Positions 48,866 to 59,209 of a stretch of 64,000 bases of DNA are shown here, piece by piece. The notes under the pieces are model-generated. The model saw nothing but the letters and a program-made list of their open reading frames with translations. It had not been told where the DNA came from and did no database searches. This DNA is from Phycisphaeraceae bacterium (GTDB taxonomy: Bacteria; Planctomycetota; Phycisphaerae; Phycisphaerales; Phycisphaeraceae), in contig OY771506.1 of the NCBI GenBank assembly GCA_963674705.1, positions 128,001 through 192,000 on the forward strand, given 5' to 3'. The number at the start of each line of letters is the position of its first letter. The first letter of the stretch is position 1. The position numbers and the translations under genes are program-made.

Positions 48866-50895
48866 CGGCGACCGTCTCGCTGGATGTCCTGAAGACTCCC
48901 CAACCGCCGGTCAATGGGGCGGCCAACGTCGCACTGGTCGGCAACCCGAACTGCGGTAAAACCACGCTGTTCAACATGCTCACCGGCATGCGTGCCCGGA
49001 CCGCCAACATTGCGGGGACGACGGTCGAGACACGTCAGGGAAAAACGATCATCGACGGCCGGTCGATCACGCTGATCGATCTGCCCGGGATGTACAGCCT
49101 TTCAGACCCTTCGCCCGAACAGATGATCGCACGCCGAGCCTTGTTGGGGGAGGCGGAGGGTTTGAATGGCGCTTCTAATAAGAAACCGGACGCGGTGGTG
49201 CTGCTTCTGGACGCGACGAATATCCAGCGGAACCTGCTGCTGGCCGGGCAGGTGATCGAGCTGGGCCAGCCGACGGTCGTGGCGCTGAACATGTGCGACC
49301 TGGCGGACCGCGCGGGAATCACGATCGATACGAAGTCGTTGAGCGCAGAGCTTGGCTGCACGGTCGTGCCGATCTGTGCGCGGTCGGGTAATGGTTTGCC
49401 GCAGCTGCGTGAAGCGTTGAGCGCCAGGTTGGCTTCGCAGGAACCGCACGTTCTGCCGCAACAGCTCAGCGCCTGTTCGACATGCGGCGGTTGTCCGATC
49501 CGAGCACGCTTCGACTGGGCGGAGGGCGTGGAACAGCGATGTGCCCGCAAGCCGATGGGCGAGCATGATCCGATCACGGAGAAGGTGGACAGCGTGTTCA
49601 CGCACCCGGTGCTTGGATTACTTTCGTTCGTGGCGATCATGTTCACGATGTTCGCGATGATCTTCTGGGTCGCGGATTATCCGATGGGCTGGATCGAGTC
49701 GGGCTTTGAAGCGCTGGGCGGCTGGGTCGGTGATGCGCTGCCAGCGGGTGACTTCAACAGTCTTGTAGTAGATGGTGTGATCGGCGGGGTCGGTGGCGTG
49801 GTGGTGTTCCTGCCGCAGATCTGCCTGCTGTTTCTGTTGCTGTCGCTATTGGAAGATACGGGGTATCTGGCGCGTGCGGCGGTGGTATCGGACCGGTTGA
49901 TGCGGCGCGTGGGTTTGCCCGGCACGTCGTTTGTGCCGCTGTTGTCTGCCCATGCATGTGCGATCCCTGCGATCATGTCCAGCCGAATCATCGAGAACCG
50001 CCGCGACCGGTTGGTGACGATCATGGTGGCGCCGCTGCTGACGTGTTCAGCACGTTTGCCGGTGTATGCGATGGTGACGGCGCTACTCGTGCCGAACCAG
50101 CCGATGAAAGCGGCGATGATTTTTGTCGGTGCGTACAGCCTGGGGATCGCGGCGGCGTTGTTCGTGGCGCTATTGCTGAACCGTTCGGTATTGAAGGGTA
50201 AAGCGCAGCCGCTGGTGATCGAGCTGCCGAGTTATAAAGCGCCAAACCTACGTAACGCTTTTATCACGATGGTCGATCGCGGCCAGGCGTTTTTGATCAA
50301 AGCCGGGACGGTGATCCTGCTGATCTCGATCGTGCTGTGGGCGACGATGACGTATCCGAAGTCCACCCCCCCTGCCGAGGCGGTTGCGATGCAGCAGCAG
50401 GCGGAGGTATTGGCAGCCCAGGGACAGGTTGCAGAAGCTGAGGCGCTGACGCACGAAGCGGAGAACCTGATCTCGTCGAACAACCTGTCGAACAGCATCG
50501 CTGGTCGGTTGGGCCAGGCGATCGAGCCGGCGATCAAGCCCTTGGGTTACGACTGGCGCATCGGCGTCGGGATCGTCAGCAGCTTCGCGGCCCGTGAGGT
50601 CGTGGTCTCAACCCTGTCGATCATCCACAGCGTCGGCGAGGAAGATGAAGCGATGCTGTACGACTCGATGCGTGGCGCCAAGCTCGCGGACGGAACGCCG
50701 ATGTACTCGACCGCGACGTGTCTGAGTCTGCTGGTGTTCTTCGTGCTGGCGATGCAGTGCCTGCCGACGAGTATCGTCGCGGCGAAGGAGGCGGGTAGCT
50801 GGAAGTGGGCGGCGCTTCAGTTCACGTACATGACGGTGCTGGCGTACGGGGCGGCCCTGGTGACGTTTGTCACGACAAATGCGATGGTTGGGTGA
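48862..50895 (+). CDS. feoB: Ferrous iron transporter B
   Basis: GNPNCGKTT, DLPGMYSL, NMCD G-domain; LEDTGYLAR, CSARLPVY, AAREVVVS membrane domain. Confidence 0.95.
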   Translation: MTATVSLDVLKTPQPPVNGAANVALVGNPNCGKTTLFNMLTGMRARTANIAGTTVETRQGKTIIDGRSITLIDLPGMYSLSDPSPEQMIARRALLGEAEGLNGASNKKPDAVVLLLDATNIQRNLLLAGQVIELGQPTVVALNMCDLADRAGITIDTKSLSAELGCTVVPICARSGNGLPQLREALSARLASQEPHVLPQQLSACSTCGGCPIRARFDWAEGVEQRCARKPMGEHDPITEKVDSVFTHPVLGLLSFVAIMFTMFAMIFWVADYPMGWIESGFEALGGWVGDALPAGDFNSLVVDGVIGGVGGVVVFLPQICLLFLLLSLLEDTGYLARAAVVSDRLMRRVGLPGTSFVPLLSAHACAIPAIMSSRIIENRRDRLVTIMVAPLLTCSARLPVYAMVTALLVPNQPMKAAMIFVGAYSLGIAAALFVALLLNRSVLKGKAQPLVIELPSYKAPNLRNAFITMVDRGQAFLIKAGTVILLISIVLWATMTYPKSTPPAEAVAMQQQAEVLAAQGQVAEAEALTHEAENLISSNNLSNSIAGRLGQAIEPAIKPLGYDWRIGVGIVSSFAAREVVVSTLSIIHSVGEEDEAMLYDSMRGAKLADGTPMYSTATCLSLLVFFVLAMQCLPTSIVAAKEAGSWKWAALQFTYMTVLAYGAALVTFVTTNAMVG

Positions 50896-51016
50896 AGCCC
50901 GCAAGATCGCTAATTTCTAATTTTTAATTGCTAATGTGATTGGATTCGTTGTGCGCGCTAAGCCGCGAGCGGCTTGGGGTGGTGCAATGGCGGGGGCAAA
51001 GTTTTACAATGCGGGG

Positions 51017-51760
51017 ATGAATCACAAACTTACCTCCCTTATCGTTGCGATCTGTGCGCTTAGCCTGCTGGCTGGGTGCCAGAGCGTGTCGCCTACTGCC
51101 GAGAAGAAGCCCAATCGTTTCCAGCCCGTCATTGATAAATGGGTGGAGCAGGATGCGGTGAATCCCCCGCCGAAGGATGCGGTGCTGTTTATTGGCAGCT
51201 CTAGCATTCGGTTGTGGGACTCGCTGCACGATGACTTCCCGCAGTACGACGTGATCCAGCGTGGGTTTGGCGGGTCGCATATTTCGGATTCGATCGAGTT
51301 TGCTGACAAGATTGTCACGCCTTACAAGCCCAGGGCGATCGTGATGTTTGCCGGCACGAACGATATCGCAAGCAACAAGTCGGTCGAGCGTGTGTTCAAT
51401 GAATACAAGACGTTCGTGAACCTTGCGCGTAAGGGCAAGAAGTGGGGAGAGGAGCCGGTACCGATCTTTTTCATCGGTATCACGCCTTGCGAATCACGCT
51501 GGAAGCATTGGCCGAAGTCGAGCGAATTGAATCGGCTTGTCAAAGAATACACATACAAGCACAAGAATCTTTATTACATCGATACACCGACACCTATTTT
51601 ATCTACCGCGCCGGTGCCGGGCGGGCCGCCGTCGAAAGATCTGTTCCGTGACGATTTGCTACACCTGAGTCCGGAGGGTTATGCGCTATGGACGCGTGTG
51701 ATCACGCCGGTGCTCGAGGCGTATTGCCCGCCGATCAAGAAGGAAGAAACCGCCAAGTAA
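51017..51760 (+). CDS. SGNH/GDSL-like hydrolase lipoprotein
   Basis: LAGC lipobox; FIGSSS, RGFGGS, AGTND, DLLHL. Confidence 0.85.
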   Translation: MNHKLTSLIVAICALSLLAGCQSVSPTAEKKPNRFQPVIDKWVEQDAVNPPPKDAVLFIGSSSIRLWDSLHDDFPQYDVIQRGFGGSHISDSIEFADKIVTPYKPRAIVMFAGTNDIASNKSVERVFNEYKTFVNLARKGKKWGEEPVPIFFIGITPCESRWKHWPKSSELNRLVKEYTYKHKNLYYIDTPTPILSTAPVPGGPPSKDLFRDDLLHLSPEGYALWTRVITPVLEAYCPPIKKEETAK

Positions 51761-51762
51761 TC

Positions 51763-52719
51763 ATGGATGCGAAGCGCACAATCCCCAACGAGCCAACGTA
51801 TGCCGTGATCGGCTCGGGCGCGGTAGGTGCGTACTACGGCGGGTGCTTGCAGCGACTCGGCCGGGAGGTGCATTACCTTTGCCGCAGCGATTACGAGCAT
51901 GTGTCGCAACACGGCTGGCGCATCGATTCGTACAAGGGTAACTTCGTCCTTCCACAAGCACAGGTGTATCGCGATGTAAAGGATATGCCGGCGTGTGACG
52001 TGGTGATTGTTGCACTGAAAACGACGAGCAATCACCTGTTGCCGAAGTTGCTTCCGCCGATGATGCATGACAATACGGTGGTGCTGATGCTCCAGAACGG
52101 GTTAGGCATCGAGCAGCAGGTCGGCGAGATCGTTGGGCACGAGAATGTGATGGGCGGGTTGTGTTTTATCTGCTCGCACAAACTCGGCCCGGGGCACGTG
52201 CATCACATGGACTATGGCCGGGTCGAATTCGCTGACCACACGGCCGACGGATCGCCAGCAGGGATCACGCCGCGGTTGCGGACGGTGTCACAGGACTTCG
52301 AGCGGGCGGGTAACGATGTCGTCGTCAATGAAGACCTTGTGCAGGCACGCTGGCGCAAGCTGGTGTGGAACGTGCCGTTTAATGGGTTGAGTGTGGTGCT
52401 GGATACCGACACGCTTTCGATCATGAGTGATGATGCGCTGCGACAGCGTGCACACGGCTTGATGCTGGAAGTGAAAAGAGCCGCGAAGGCGTGCGCGGGC
52501 CGGGAGATCGAAGACGCGTTCATCCGGATGATGCTCGATTGGACAGCGAAGATGGAGCCGTACCTGCCGAGTATGAAGATCGATTACGACGAAGGCCGTC
52601 CGATGGAGATCGAAGCGATCTTTGGCGCGCCACTGCGTGGGGCACAGAGCGTTGGCTGTGATGTGCCGGGATTGAGCGAGGTCTATGAACGCCTGTCTGC
52701 CATCAACCGTGATCGTTAA
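51763..52719 (+). CDS. panE: 2-dehydropantoate 2-reductase
   Basis: GSGAVG, LQNGLG, WRKLVWNVPFN, SMKID...EIEAI. Confidence 0.88.
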   Translation: MDAKRTIPNEPTYAVIGSGAVGAYYGGCLQRLGREVHYLCRSDYEHVSQHGWRIDSYKGNFVLPQAQVYRDVKDMPACDVVIVALKTTSNHLLPKLLPPMMHDNTVVLMLQNGLGIEQQVGEIVGHENVMGGLCFICSHKLGPGHVHHMDYGRVEFADHTADGSPAGITPRLRTVSQDFERAGNDVVVNEDLVQARWRKLVWNVPFNGLSVVLDTDTLSIMSDDALRQRAHGLMLEVKRAAKACAGREIEDAFIRMMLDWTAKMEPYLPSMKIDYDEGRPMEIEAIFGAPLRGAQSVGCDVPGLSEVYERLSAINRDR

Positions 52720-54133
52720 TTCTGTCCGGATCATGATCGGGCAGCGTGATGGTGACGACGAATTCGCCCGCGGACTGGGATTCGGCGCGGATGTGTCCGC
52801 CGACAGCATCGATCGCCTGGCGGGTCAGGGCGAGGCCTAAACCAAAGCGCGAGCCGGTATCTGTTCTGGCGCGATCGGCACGCCAGAAACGGTCGAATAC
52901 TTTGCCGACGTCGGCTGCGGTTATTCGACTGCCGGTGTTTGCGATGCGTATCTGAACAGCCTTCTCTGTTTTTAGTGAATTGATCGTGACTGTCCCACCG
53001 TCATCGACATAATTCTGTGCATTGTGCAACACGTTACGGATCGCCAGCGTGAGCAAGGAGATATCCGTATGGACAGGGTCGCAGGCGTCGAGTGTGATCT
53101 GCTCCCGGTACACGAAGGACGCGGGCTGCGCATGTTTCAAGTTTCGCCATGTCGTGCGAATGACCTCATCGACATCCACCGGTTCGTAAGTCGGCGTGAC
53201 CAGGCCGCGTTCGAGCTTGGCAAGATGCAGCAACGCAGACACCAGGACATTCATCTGATCGGTGATCTCGTGCACGTTGCGGAGTGCCTGTTGGTATTCT
53301 TCCGTGTTACGAGTCTTTCTCAGCGCCACATCGAGGGTGGCCTGTAGCCCGGCCAAGGGGGTACGTAGCTCGTGCGCGAGGTCGGCCGAGAAGGATCGCT
53401 CTCGCTCAAACGCTATCTGAAGGCGGGACATCAGGCCGTTGAACTGCTCGAGTATCGGCTTTAACTCGCGCGGCAGGTCGGGCAGGTCAAGCGGCTGATC
53501 GAGCAGGCCCTCATCGATAGCGCCCAGCCGATCGGCCAACACATCCACGGATCGTAATCCCCTCACGATGGCCAGCCTGGTCAGCAGCACCATCGTCACG
53601 GCAAACACCAGCCCCACACCGATCAGGACCAGACGCAAAATGTTCAGCGGTAACTGCAATTCTGCCACGTCGCGCGCCACACACAACACAACAGGGCTGG
53701 TCACCTGCTGCTCCGAGCTGTCGACAATCGGCATGACCCGGCTGGCTACAAAATGACCGAGACTTCCGTTGGGCAGCATGACCTGGCGGACATCGGAGAA
53801 GTCGTCGGACAATGCCTGGTTGGGCAGATCATGCTCACCCAGAGATGGCGAACGGAAGAACGATCGGCCGTCGTTCAGATAAACCTGCAGATACCCCCCC
53901 GCTTCATCCCGGGCGAATTCACTCAGATCAAGCTCACGGAAACCCAGTTCCAGCTCGTCGTGGTCCACTTCGATGCTGGAGGCGAGTATCCTTGCTTTGC
54001 GTATCAACGAGTCGTCGAATTGTTGTGTGAGGATGGCGTCGGTCAGAAAGTAGATCGCGAGCGCGGCAACGACGCTCAGCGAGATCGCGCCTATGCTGGT
54101 CGTTAACGCCATATCCCGTTTCAGAGATCGCAT
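52703..54133 (-). CDS. Two-component sensor histidine kinase (CusS/QseC-like architecture)
   Basis: 2 TM, HAMP, AHELRTPL, FDRFWR, GLGLAL. Confidence 0.92.
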   Translation of the reverse strand: MRSLKRDMALTTSIGAISLSVVAALAIYFLTDAILTQQFDDSLIRKARILASSIEVDHDELELGFRELDLSEFARDEAGGYLQVYLNDGRSFFRSPSLGEHDLPNQALSDDFSDVRQVMLPNGSLGHFVASRVMPIVDSSEQQVTSPVVLCVARDVAELQLPLNILRLVLIGVGLVFAVTMVLLTRLAIVRGLRSVDVLADRLGAIDEGLLDQPLDLPDLPRELKPILEQFNGLMSRLQIAFERERSFSADLAHELRTPLAGLQATLDVALRKTRNTEEYQQALRNVHEITDQMNVLVSALLHLAKLERGLVTPTYEPVDVDEVIRTTWRNLKHAQPASFVYREQITLDACDPVHTDISLLTLAIRNVLHNAQNYVDDGGTVTINSLKTEKAVQIRIANTGSRITAADVGKVFDRFWRADRARTDTGSRFGLGLALTRQAIDAVGGHIRAESQSAGEFVVTITLPDHDPDRINDHG

Positions 54134-54807
54134 GGCGCGTATTCCTGCAAAACATAACCCATCCCGCGCCGTGTATGAATCAAACGGGGTCGATCGGGTG
54201 TTTCGATTTTACGGCGGAGCTGAGCGATGTGGACATCAATCGTGTTCGAGTTCGGCTCGGTGTCGAAGCCGTAGATATGTTCACTGATAGTGGTCCGGCT
54301 GACGACTTCACCGATGCGTAGTGCCAGCACTTCGATCACCGCAAACTCCCTTGCAGTGAGATCGATCGCCTGGCCCTCCCATGTCACACGACGGGCCCGC
54401 AGGTCGATGCATAAACCGGCGATCCGGACCTCGTTGGTGGCAACTTCGTACTTGCGGCGGATAAGCGCGTGAACTCGCGCCAGCAGCTCCTCAAAAGCAA
54501 AGGGCTTAACCAGGTAATCGTCCGCGCCACTGTCCAGACCTTTCACCCGATCCTCGACCGCGTCCTTGGCGGTCAAGATCAATACCGCAGTTCGGTTGCC
54601 CTCACCGCGGATCCGCCGGAGGATCGACAAACCGTCCATGCCCGGCAGCATCAGATCGAGCACGATGACGTCGTAGGTGGCGTCACGCGCATACCAGAGC
54701 CCTTCCTTGCTGTCACCGGTCGCATCGACGGTGAAGTCGGCCTCACGTAGTCCCTGCACGAGGGATTGCCTTAGTGGCGCGTAATCTTCTATTACCAGCA
54801 GCTTCAT
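54121..54807 (-). CDS. OmpR-family response regulator
   Basis: Start moved to MKLLVIED; LDLMLPGMDG, GADDYLVKPF, IHTRRGMGY. Confidence 0.93.
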   Translation of the reverse strand: MKLLVIEDYAPLRQSLVQGLREADFTVDATGDSKEGLWYARDATYDVIVLDLMLPGMDGLSILRRIRGEGNRTAVLILTAKDAVEDRVKGLDSGADDYLVKPFAFEELLARVHALIRRKYEVATNEVRIAGLCIDLRARRVTWEGQAIDLTAREFAVIEVLALRIGEVVSRTTISEHIYGFDTEPNSNTIDVHIAQLRRKIETPDRPRLIHTRRGMGYVLQEYAPCDL

Positions 54808-54894
54808 AACCGAACCTTGCGGTACCTGAAAAAAGTCATCGGCATGTAACCACGCCGATGACCGTGGATGCATCATACGCCCATCAGGCCATGA

Positions 54895-55518
54895 TCAATC
54901 ATCGTCATCTTTATCATCATCCGCTTCATGTTCATCATCATCGTCATCACCGCGCCTGCCGTGGTATTTATGATCGTCGTCGTCATCATCGTCGCCGCGC
55001 TTGGCATGATCCTGCTCATCAGCCAGACCGAGGGGATGCTCAACGAGCTTGCCGTCTGTGGTAAGGCGGAATTCGTGTTTTTTACCGTTGACCTTGGCAT
55101 CGAACTCATATTGTATGCGTGGCTCAGCCAGAGGCACCAGCTTTAATTCGCCGTGCTGCTCGATCTTTTCGAGTTCCAGAAGCTTTCCGCCCTTGATCAG
55201 CTCCGCGATCTTGTTGGCGACGGCCTGGGGCAGTTGTGAAGGCTCGACTTTTTCTTCCACACTCAGGACAGAACCGTCTTCCAGAACACACACATCAACT
55301 TCCCGGTTGCCGGTCTTCACTTCGACTTCATAGACGCGGACAAGCAGCACTTCGGGCTCGGTTTCTTGCACTTTGCCGCCGGGTACCAACTTTTGAATGG
55401 CCTGCATGGCGGCCTTGCTCAGTTCTGCATCTTCGTGTTCCGCTCGTGCTGTGCTCTGACCGAGGGTTAAAAGACCTGTCGCGATCATGAGGGTGACAAG
55501 TTTCCTGGCGATACGCAT
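54895..55518 (-). CDS. Exported PepSY-like protein with His/Asp-rich tail
   Basis: Start moved to MRIARK; signal peptide; YEVEVK...DG repeats; tail DHAKRGDDDDDDDHKYHGRRGDDDDDEHEADDDKDDDD. Confidence 0.7.
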   Translation of the reverse strand: MRIARKLVTLMIATGLLTLGQSTARAEHEDAELSKAAMQAIQKLVPGGKVQETEPEVLLVRVYEVEVKTGNREVDVCVLEDGSVLSVEEKVEPSQLPQAVANKIAELIKGGKLLELEKIEQHGELKLVPLAEPRIQYEFDAKVNGKKHEFRLTTDGKLVEHPLGLADEQDHAKRGDDDDDDDHKYHGRRGDDDDDEHEADDDKDDDD

Positions 55519-55723
55519 GTCTGGGCTCCTATCAAAGTCAAACGGACGTCCGTGGTTGGAGGTGGCCGCGACGGGTACGGGCCGCGTCTGAGAGAGGCCA
55601 CGTGTGGAGGATACGCCATGGAACATGAAGCCAGCGTGAAGCGGCTTGGAATGGCAAGTTATCGTGGCAAGAAAATTAAGCTGTTGCCGCGCCGTCTCTT
55701 ACCCTTCATTTGCGATAAGAGTG

Positions 55724-56587
55724 TTATCTCGGCTCGTACATCACAGCCTGGCCCCTGAAGAGGAAACGCAGATCGGCGATCGGCCAGCTTTCGATACCCA
55801 TATCAGGGTCGGCGATCAGGGTCCGGTTGTTGTCGTCGGGATCGAGGCCGATGAAGACGACGTCGTGGTAGAAGCCGGGCATCCAGTCGTTCTGTCGGCC
55901 GTAGGCTGCAGCGTTTGGTGCGTTGCCGCGTGAAGGCAGGCCGACGAGGATGATGGCGGGTTCGGTGCTTTGCAGCAGTTGTTCAAGCGACAAATGAGTC
56001 AATCGCGTCTTGCAACCGAAGAGTGGTTTCTGATCCTCAAAGTGACGCAGAGCGCGGTAGAGCCCGAGGCCTTCGGTGCCTTTGCCCCATTTTGTACGTG
56101 CCAGTTCGATGGCCTGATCTTCCGTGCATTCAACGCCGTAGGTATGAAGCAGCGTAACAATCGAAGCGGCAGAGCAGTTGTAATCGCTGGTCTGTCGGCA
56201 GACACCGTCCTTGTCGATGTTCGTGCCGAAGGAAGGCGCTTGCTTGGCGAGATGGTAGCTGTATGGCTGGAGCGAAAGCACGAAAAGAAGACCGCACCAT
56301 AAGACCATCCGCACACGTTGGCCTCGCGTTTTTACAAACCACCAGACGCAGGGGAAGAACAGCGCGCCGGCAAGCGGATACAGGTTGTCATAAAAAGTCA
56401 GATCGCGATACGGAACAAACATCACGATGATGTCGGGCCTGATCGCGATGATAAGTGCGATGAAAGCGACGCCGCCGGAAATGAGGATCCCCAGGATCGC
56501 GCCGTTTCGACTGCGGGCGAGCCTCCAGCCCAAAACGGCGAACAAAACGATCAGGAACGCGTTGCCGATGACATGAACGGTCGGCAT
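55724..56587 (-). CDS. Membrane protein with C39-like cysteine peptidase domain
   Basis: About 4 TM segments, then QTSDYNCSAAS (Cys), FYHDVV (His), IADP (Asp). Confidence 0.75.
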   Translation of the reverse strand: MPTVHVIGNAFLIVLFAVLGWRLARSRNGAILGILISGGVAFIALIIAIRPDIIVMFVPYRDLTFYDNLYPLAGALFFPCVWWFVKTRGQRVRMVLWCGLLFVLSLQPYSYHLAKQAPSFGTNIDKDGVCRQTSDYNCSAASIVTLLHTYGVECTEDQAIELARTKWGKGTEGLGLYRALRHFEDQKPLFGCKTRLTHLSLEQLLQSTEPAIILVGLPSRGNAPNAAAYGRQNDWMPGFYHDVVFIGLDPDDNNRTLIADPDMGIESWPIADLRFLFRGQAVMYEPR

Positions 56588-56869
56588 GGTTCATACCCCT
56601 TACGACTATCCATATCCTAGGCTCGATTCCGGTGATAGATCAAGACACTTTACCGCAGTGGCAATCAGATTTTACCGGCATTGAGGAGCGAATCCGGTGC
56701 GGATTGACGTTTCAATGGCGTATTGCGATAATGCTCGGCCCTGTCGAGATACCGGCGTCGTATGGGAACGGCGCCAGGCGTGGGTCGGCAGGGATCATCG
56801 TTCAAACCCCCCGCCCCTTACGAATCCCAGATTTTTTGATCAACCCTGAGAAATAGGAGCTGTGGGGTT

Positions 56870-58366
56870 ATGGCTGAAGACAAAACCGCCGTTGCAGAGC
56901 AAAACGAAGAAACCAAGCCGAAGCAGGATGTCAAAGTGGAGGACGCCGGCCCGGCGCTGAAGCGTTTGACGATCGAACTGCCCGAAGAGCGGATCAAGGA
57001 AAAGATCGAATCGATGTACAAGGAGCTGCGTGACGACGCGGTGCTGCCGGGTTTCCGTCGCGGACGTGCCCCCCGCCGGCTTCTTGAAAAACGGTTCAAA
57101 TCTTCGATCACGGATCAGCTCAAGGGCCAACTGCTCAGCGAAAGCTACACGCAGGCCATTGAAGATCAGAGCTTGGATGTGATCGGCGAACCCGATGTGA
57201 AGGACCCGGACAAGCTGGAGGTGCCGGAATCCGGTGCGTTCAAATATGTCGTTGAGGTCGAGATCGCGCCGAAGGTTGAATTGCCTGAGTTCGACAAGAT
57301 CGAAGTTAACAAGGCGGTCTTCGAAGTCAGCGATGACGATGTTGATAAAGAAGTCGAACAACTTCAGATGCGTTTCGGCAAGCCGAACACCGTCGAAGAC
57401 GGCGCCGCGGAGGAAGGCGACTACCTGTCGTCGGACGTGGTTGTGCTGGCCGGTAAAGATGCCGGCGAAGATGCGGAAAAACTGCTGGAAATGCCCGACA
57501 CATACGTGCTGGTCCCCGGCAAGAAGAGCGACTACAAAGGTCACGTCACGGGCATCGTGGTTGACGATCTGGGCAAGCGTTTGAAGGGCAAGAAGGCCGG
57601 CGACGTCGAAACCATTTCAATGACCGGCCCCTCCGGTCACGAGAACGAAAAGATCAAGGATCAGCCGATCACGATCAAGGTCACGATCAAGAAGATCGAG
57701 CGGATCGAGAAGGCTGATGTTGAAGAGTTGCCGGCGATGGTCGGCGTGGAATCCGTTGACGACATGAAGTCGCGGATCAAGGAAATGATCGAGCAGCGTC
57801 GCACGCAGAACCAGCGTGCCGACATGCACAAGCAGGTTGCTGAATACCTGATCGAGAACGTCGGGCTTGAGCTGCCCAAGGGCGTGACCGGTCGTCAGAC
57901 AGCCCGCATCCTGCAACGTCAGCAGATGGAGCTGGCGTACCGCGGCGTGCCGGAAGAAGAGATCGCTCAGAAGATCGCTGAGATGCGTGGCGATTCCGAA
58001 GAAGCAGCGATCCGCCAGTTGAAGCTGTTCTTCATCCTGGACCAGGCGGCGAAGGACCTGGAGGTCGAGGTTCACGAGAACGAACTGAACGGCCGCATCG
58101 CGATGCTGGCCTACCAGCAGGGTCGTCGGCCCGAGAAGCTGCGTCAGGAGATGCACAAGCAGGGCCAGATCGAGCAGCTTTACCTGCAGATCCGCGAGCA
58201 GAAGGTGCTCGACCAGATCATCGAGAAGGCCAACGTGAAGGAAGTCGAAGCCGAGGCGGGCGACAAGTCCGAGGCTAAGAAGACAACCAAGAAGAAGAGC
58301 ACGAAAAAGAAGACGACCAAGAAGAAGGTCGAGAAAAAGTCTGACGAAGATAAGGGCGACGAGTAG
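56870..58366 (+). CDS. tig: Trigger factor
   Basis: LPGFRRGRAP ribosome-binding signature; Lys-rich tail. Confidence 0.95.
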   Translation: MAEDKTAVAEQNEETKPKQDVKVEDAGPALKRLTIELPEERIKEKIESMYKELRDDAVLPGFRRGRAPRRLLEKRFKSSITDQLKGQLLSESYTQAIEDQSLDVIGEPDVKDPDKLEVPESGAFKYVVEVEIAPKVELPEFDKIEVNKAVFEVSDDDVDKEVEQLQMRFGKPNTVEDGAAEEGDYLSSDVVVLAGKDAGEDAEKLLEMPDTYVLVPGKKSDYKGHVTGIVVDDLGKRLKGKKAGDVETISMTGPSGHENEKIKDQPITIKVTIKKIERIEKADVEELPAMVGVESVDDMKSRIKEMIEQRRTQNQRADMHKQVAEYLIENVGLELPKGVTGRQTARILQRQQMELAYRGVPEEEIAQKIAEMRGDSEEAAIRQLKLFFILDQAAKDLEVEVHENELNGRIAMLAYQQGRRPEKLRQEMHKQGQIEQLYLQIREQKVLDQIIEKANVKEVEAEAGDKSEAKKTTKKKSTKKKTTKKKVEKKSDEDKGDE

Positions 58367-58458
58367 GCTCGGCGTCTAAGGGCGCCTAGTATTTGATGTG
58401 GGCTGACCCGGCGTTACGAGCCGGCCCACACTTGTATCAATCCACCGGGCCCGAAGCG

Positions 58459-58920
58459 ATGGTATTAGCAGCGCTGTACCCGACCGATTTAGCCGGCACA
58501 GGTTTACCGCCTGTGCTGGCTCAATCGGCACGCGCCGCACGGGCGACGAATGACATCTGGATGATCCTGACGATCCTGGTCGTCGCTTCGATCCTGATCG
58601 TGGCGGTAGCCTTGATCGTGCGGAAAGTGCTGCTGGGTTCGGATGAAGCGAGCGCCGGCGAGGCGATCTTCGACCTATCTGAGCTACGGCGGCTGCACCG
58701 GGAGGGTGGCCTGACGGACGAGGAGTTCCAGGCGGCCCGGGCGGCGGCACTGATGGACGGAACGGGCTATCTCGGGGGCGAACAGGCTTCAGCATCCGCT
58801 ACTCCCCCGTCGGCAAAAAGCAGTCAGGATGTGGAACTGGGCCCCGAGTTGTTATCGGAACAGGATTTGGCGGACCCGCCTCAGGAAAATCCGCCGGATG
58901 ACGACGGCAAGAACCTATAA
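58459..58920 (+). CDS. Membrane protein with SHOCT-like motif
   Basis: TM segment then LSELRRLHREGGLTDEEFQAAR; start uncertain (track 58393). Confidence 0.65.
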   Translation: MVLAALYPTDLAGTGLPPVLAQSARAARATNDIWMILTILVVASILIVAVALIVRKVLLGSDEASAGEAIFDLSELRRLHREGGLTDEEFQAARAAALMDGTGYLGGEQASASATPPSAKSSQDVELGPELLSEQDLADPPQENPPDDDGKNL

Positions 58921-59209
58921 CCTGATTCAGTCCTGATAAGTTGGGCAAACAGCTTCCCACAACTGAAAAAACCCACGTGATAACATACCTTGGACCCATA
59001 TTTCCGGGTCTGGATAGGCTATGATGTGAGGCTGGTCGGACGGTTAGTCAGTCGTGGCCCGTTTCAGGCGCAAGCCATGACCAAGATCGCACTAACGATG
59101 CACAAGCATCTGGACGATCCAACCTCTACCGGCACGTATGCCGACAGGTACGTATCCCGGGCGACCGACCGTGGACGTCACCGCAGAAATGTACAAGAGA
59201 TAATTGACC

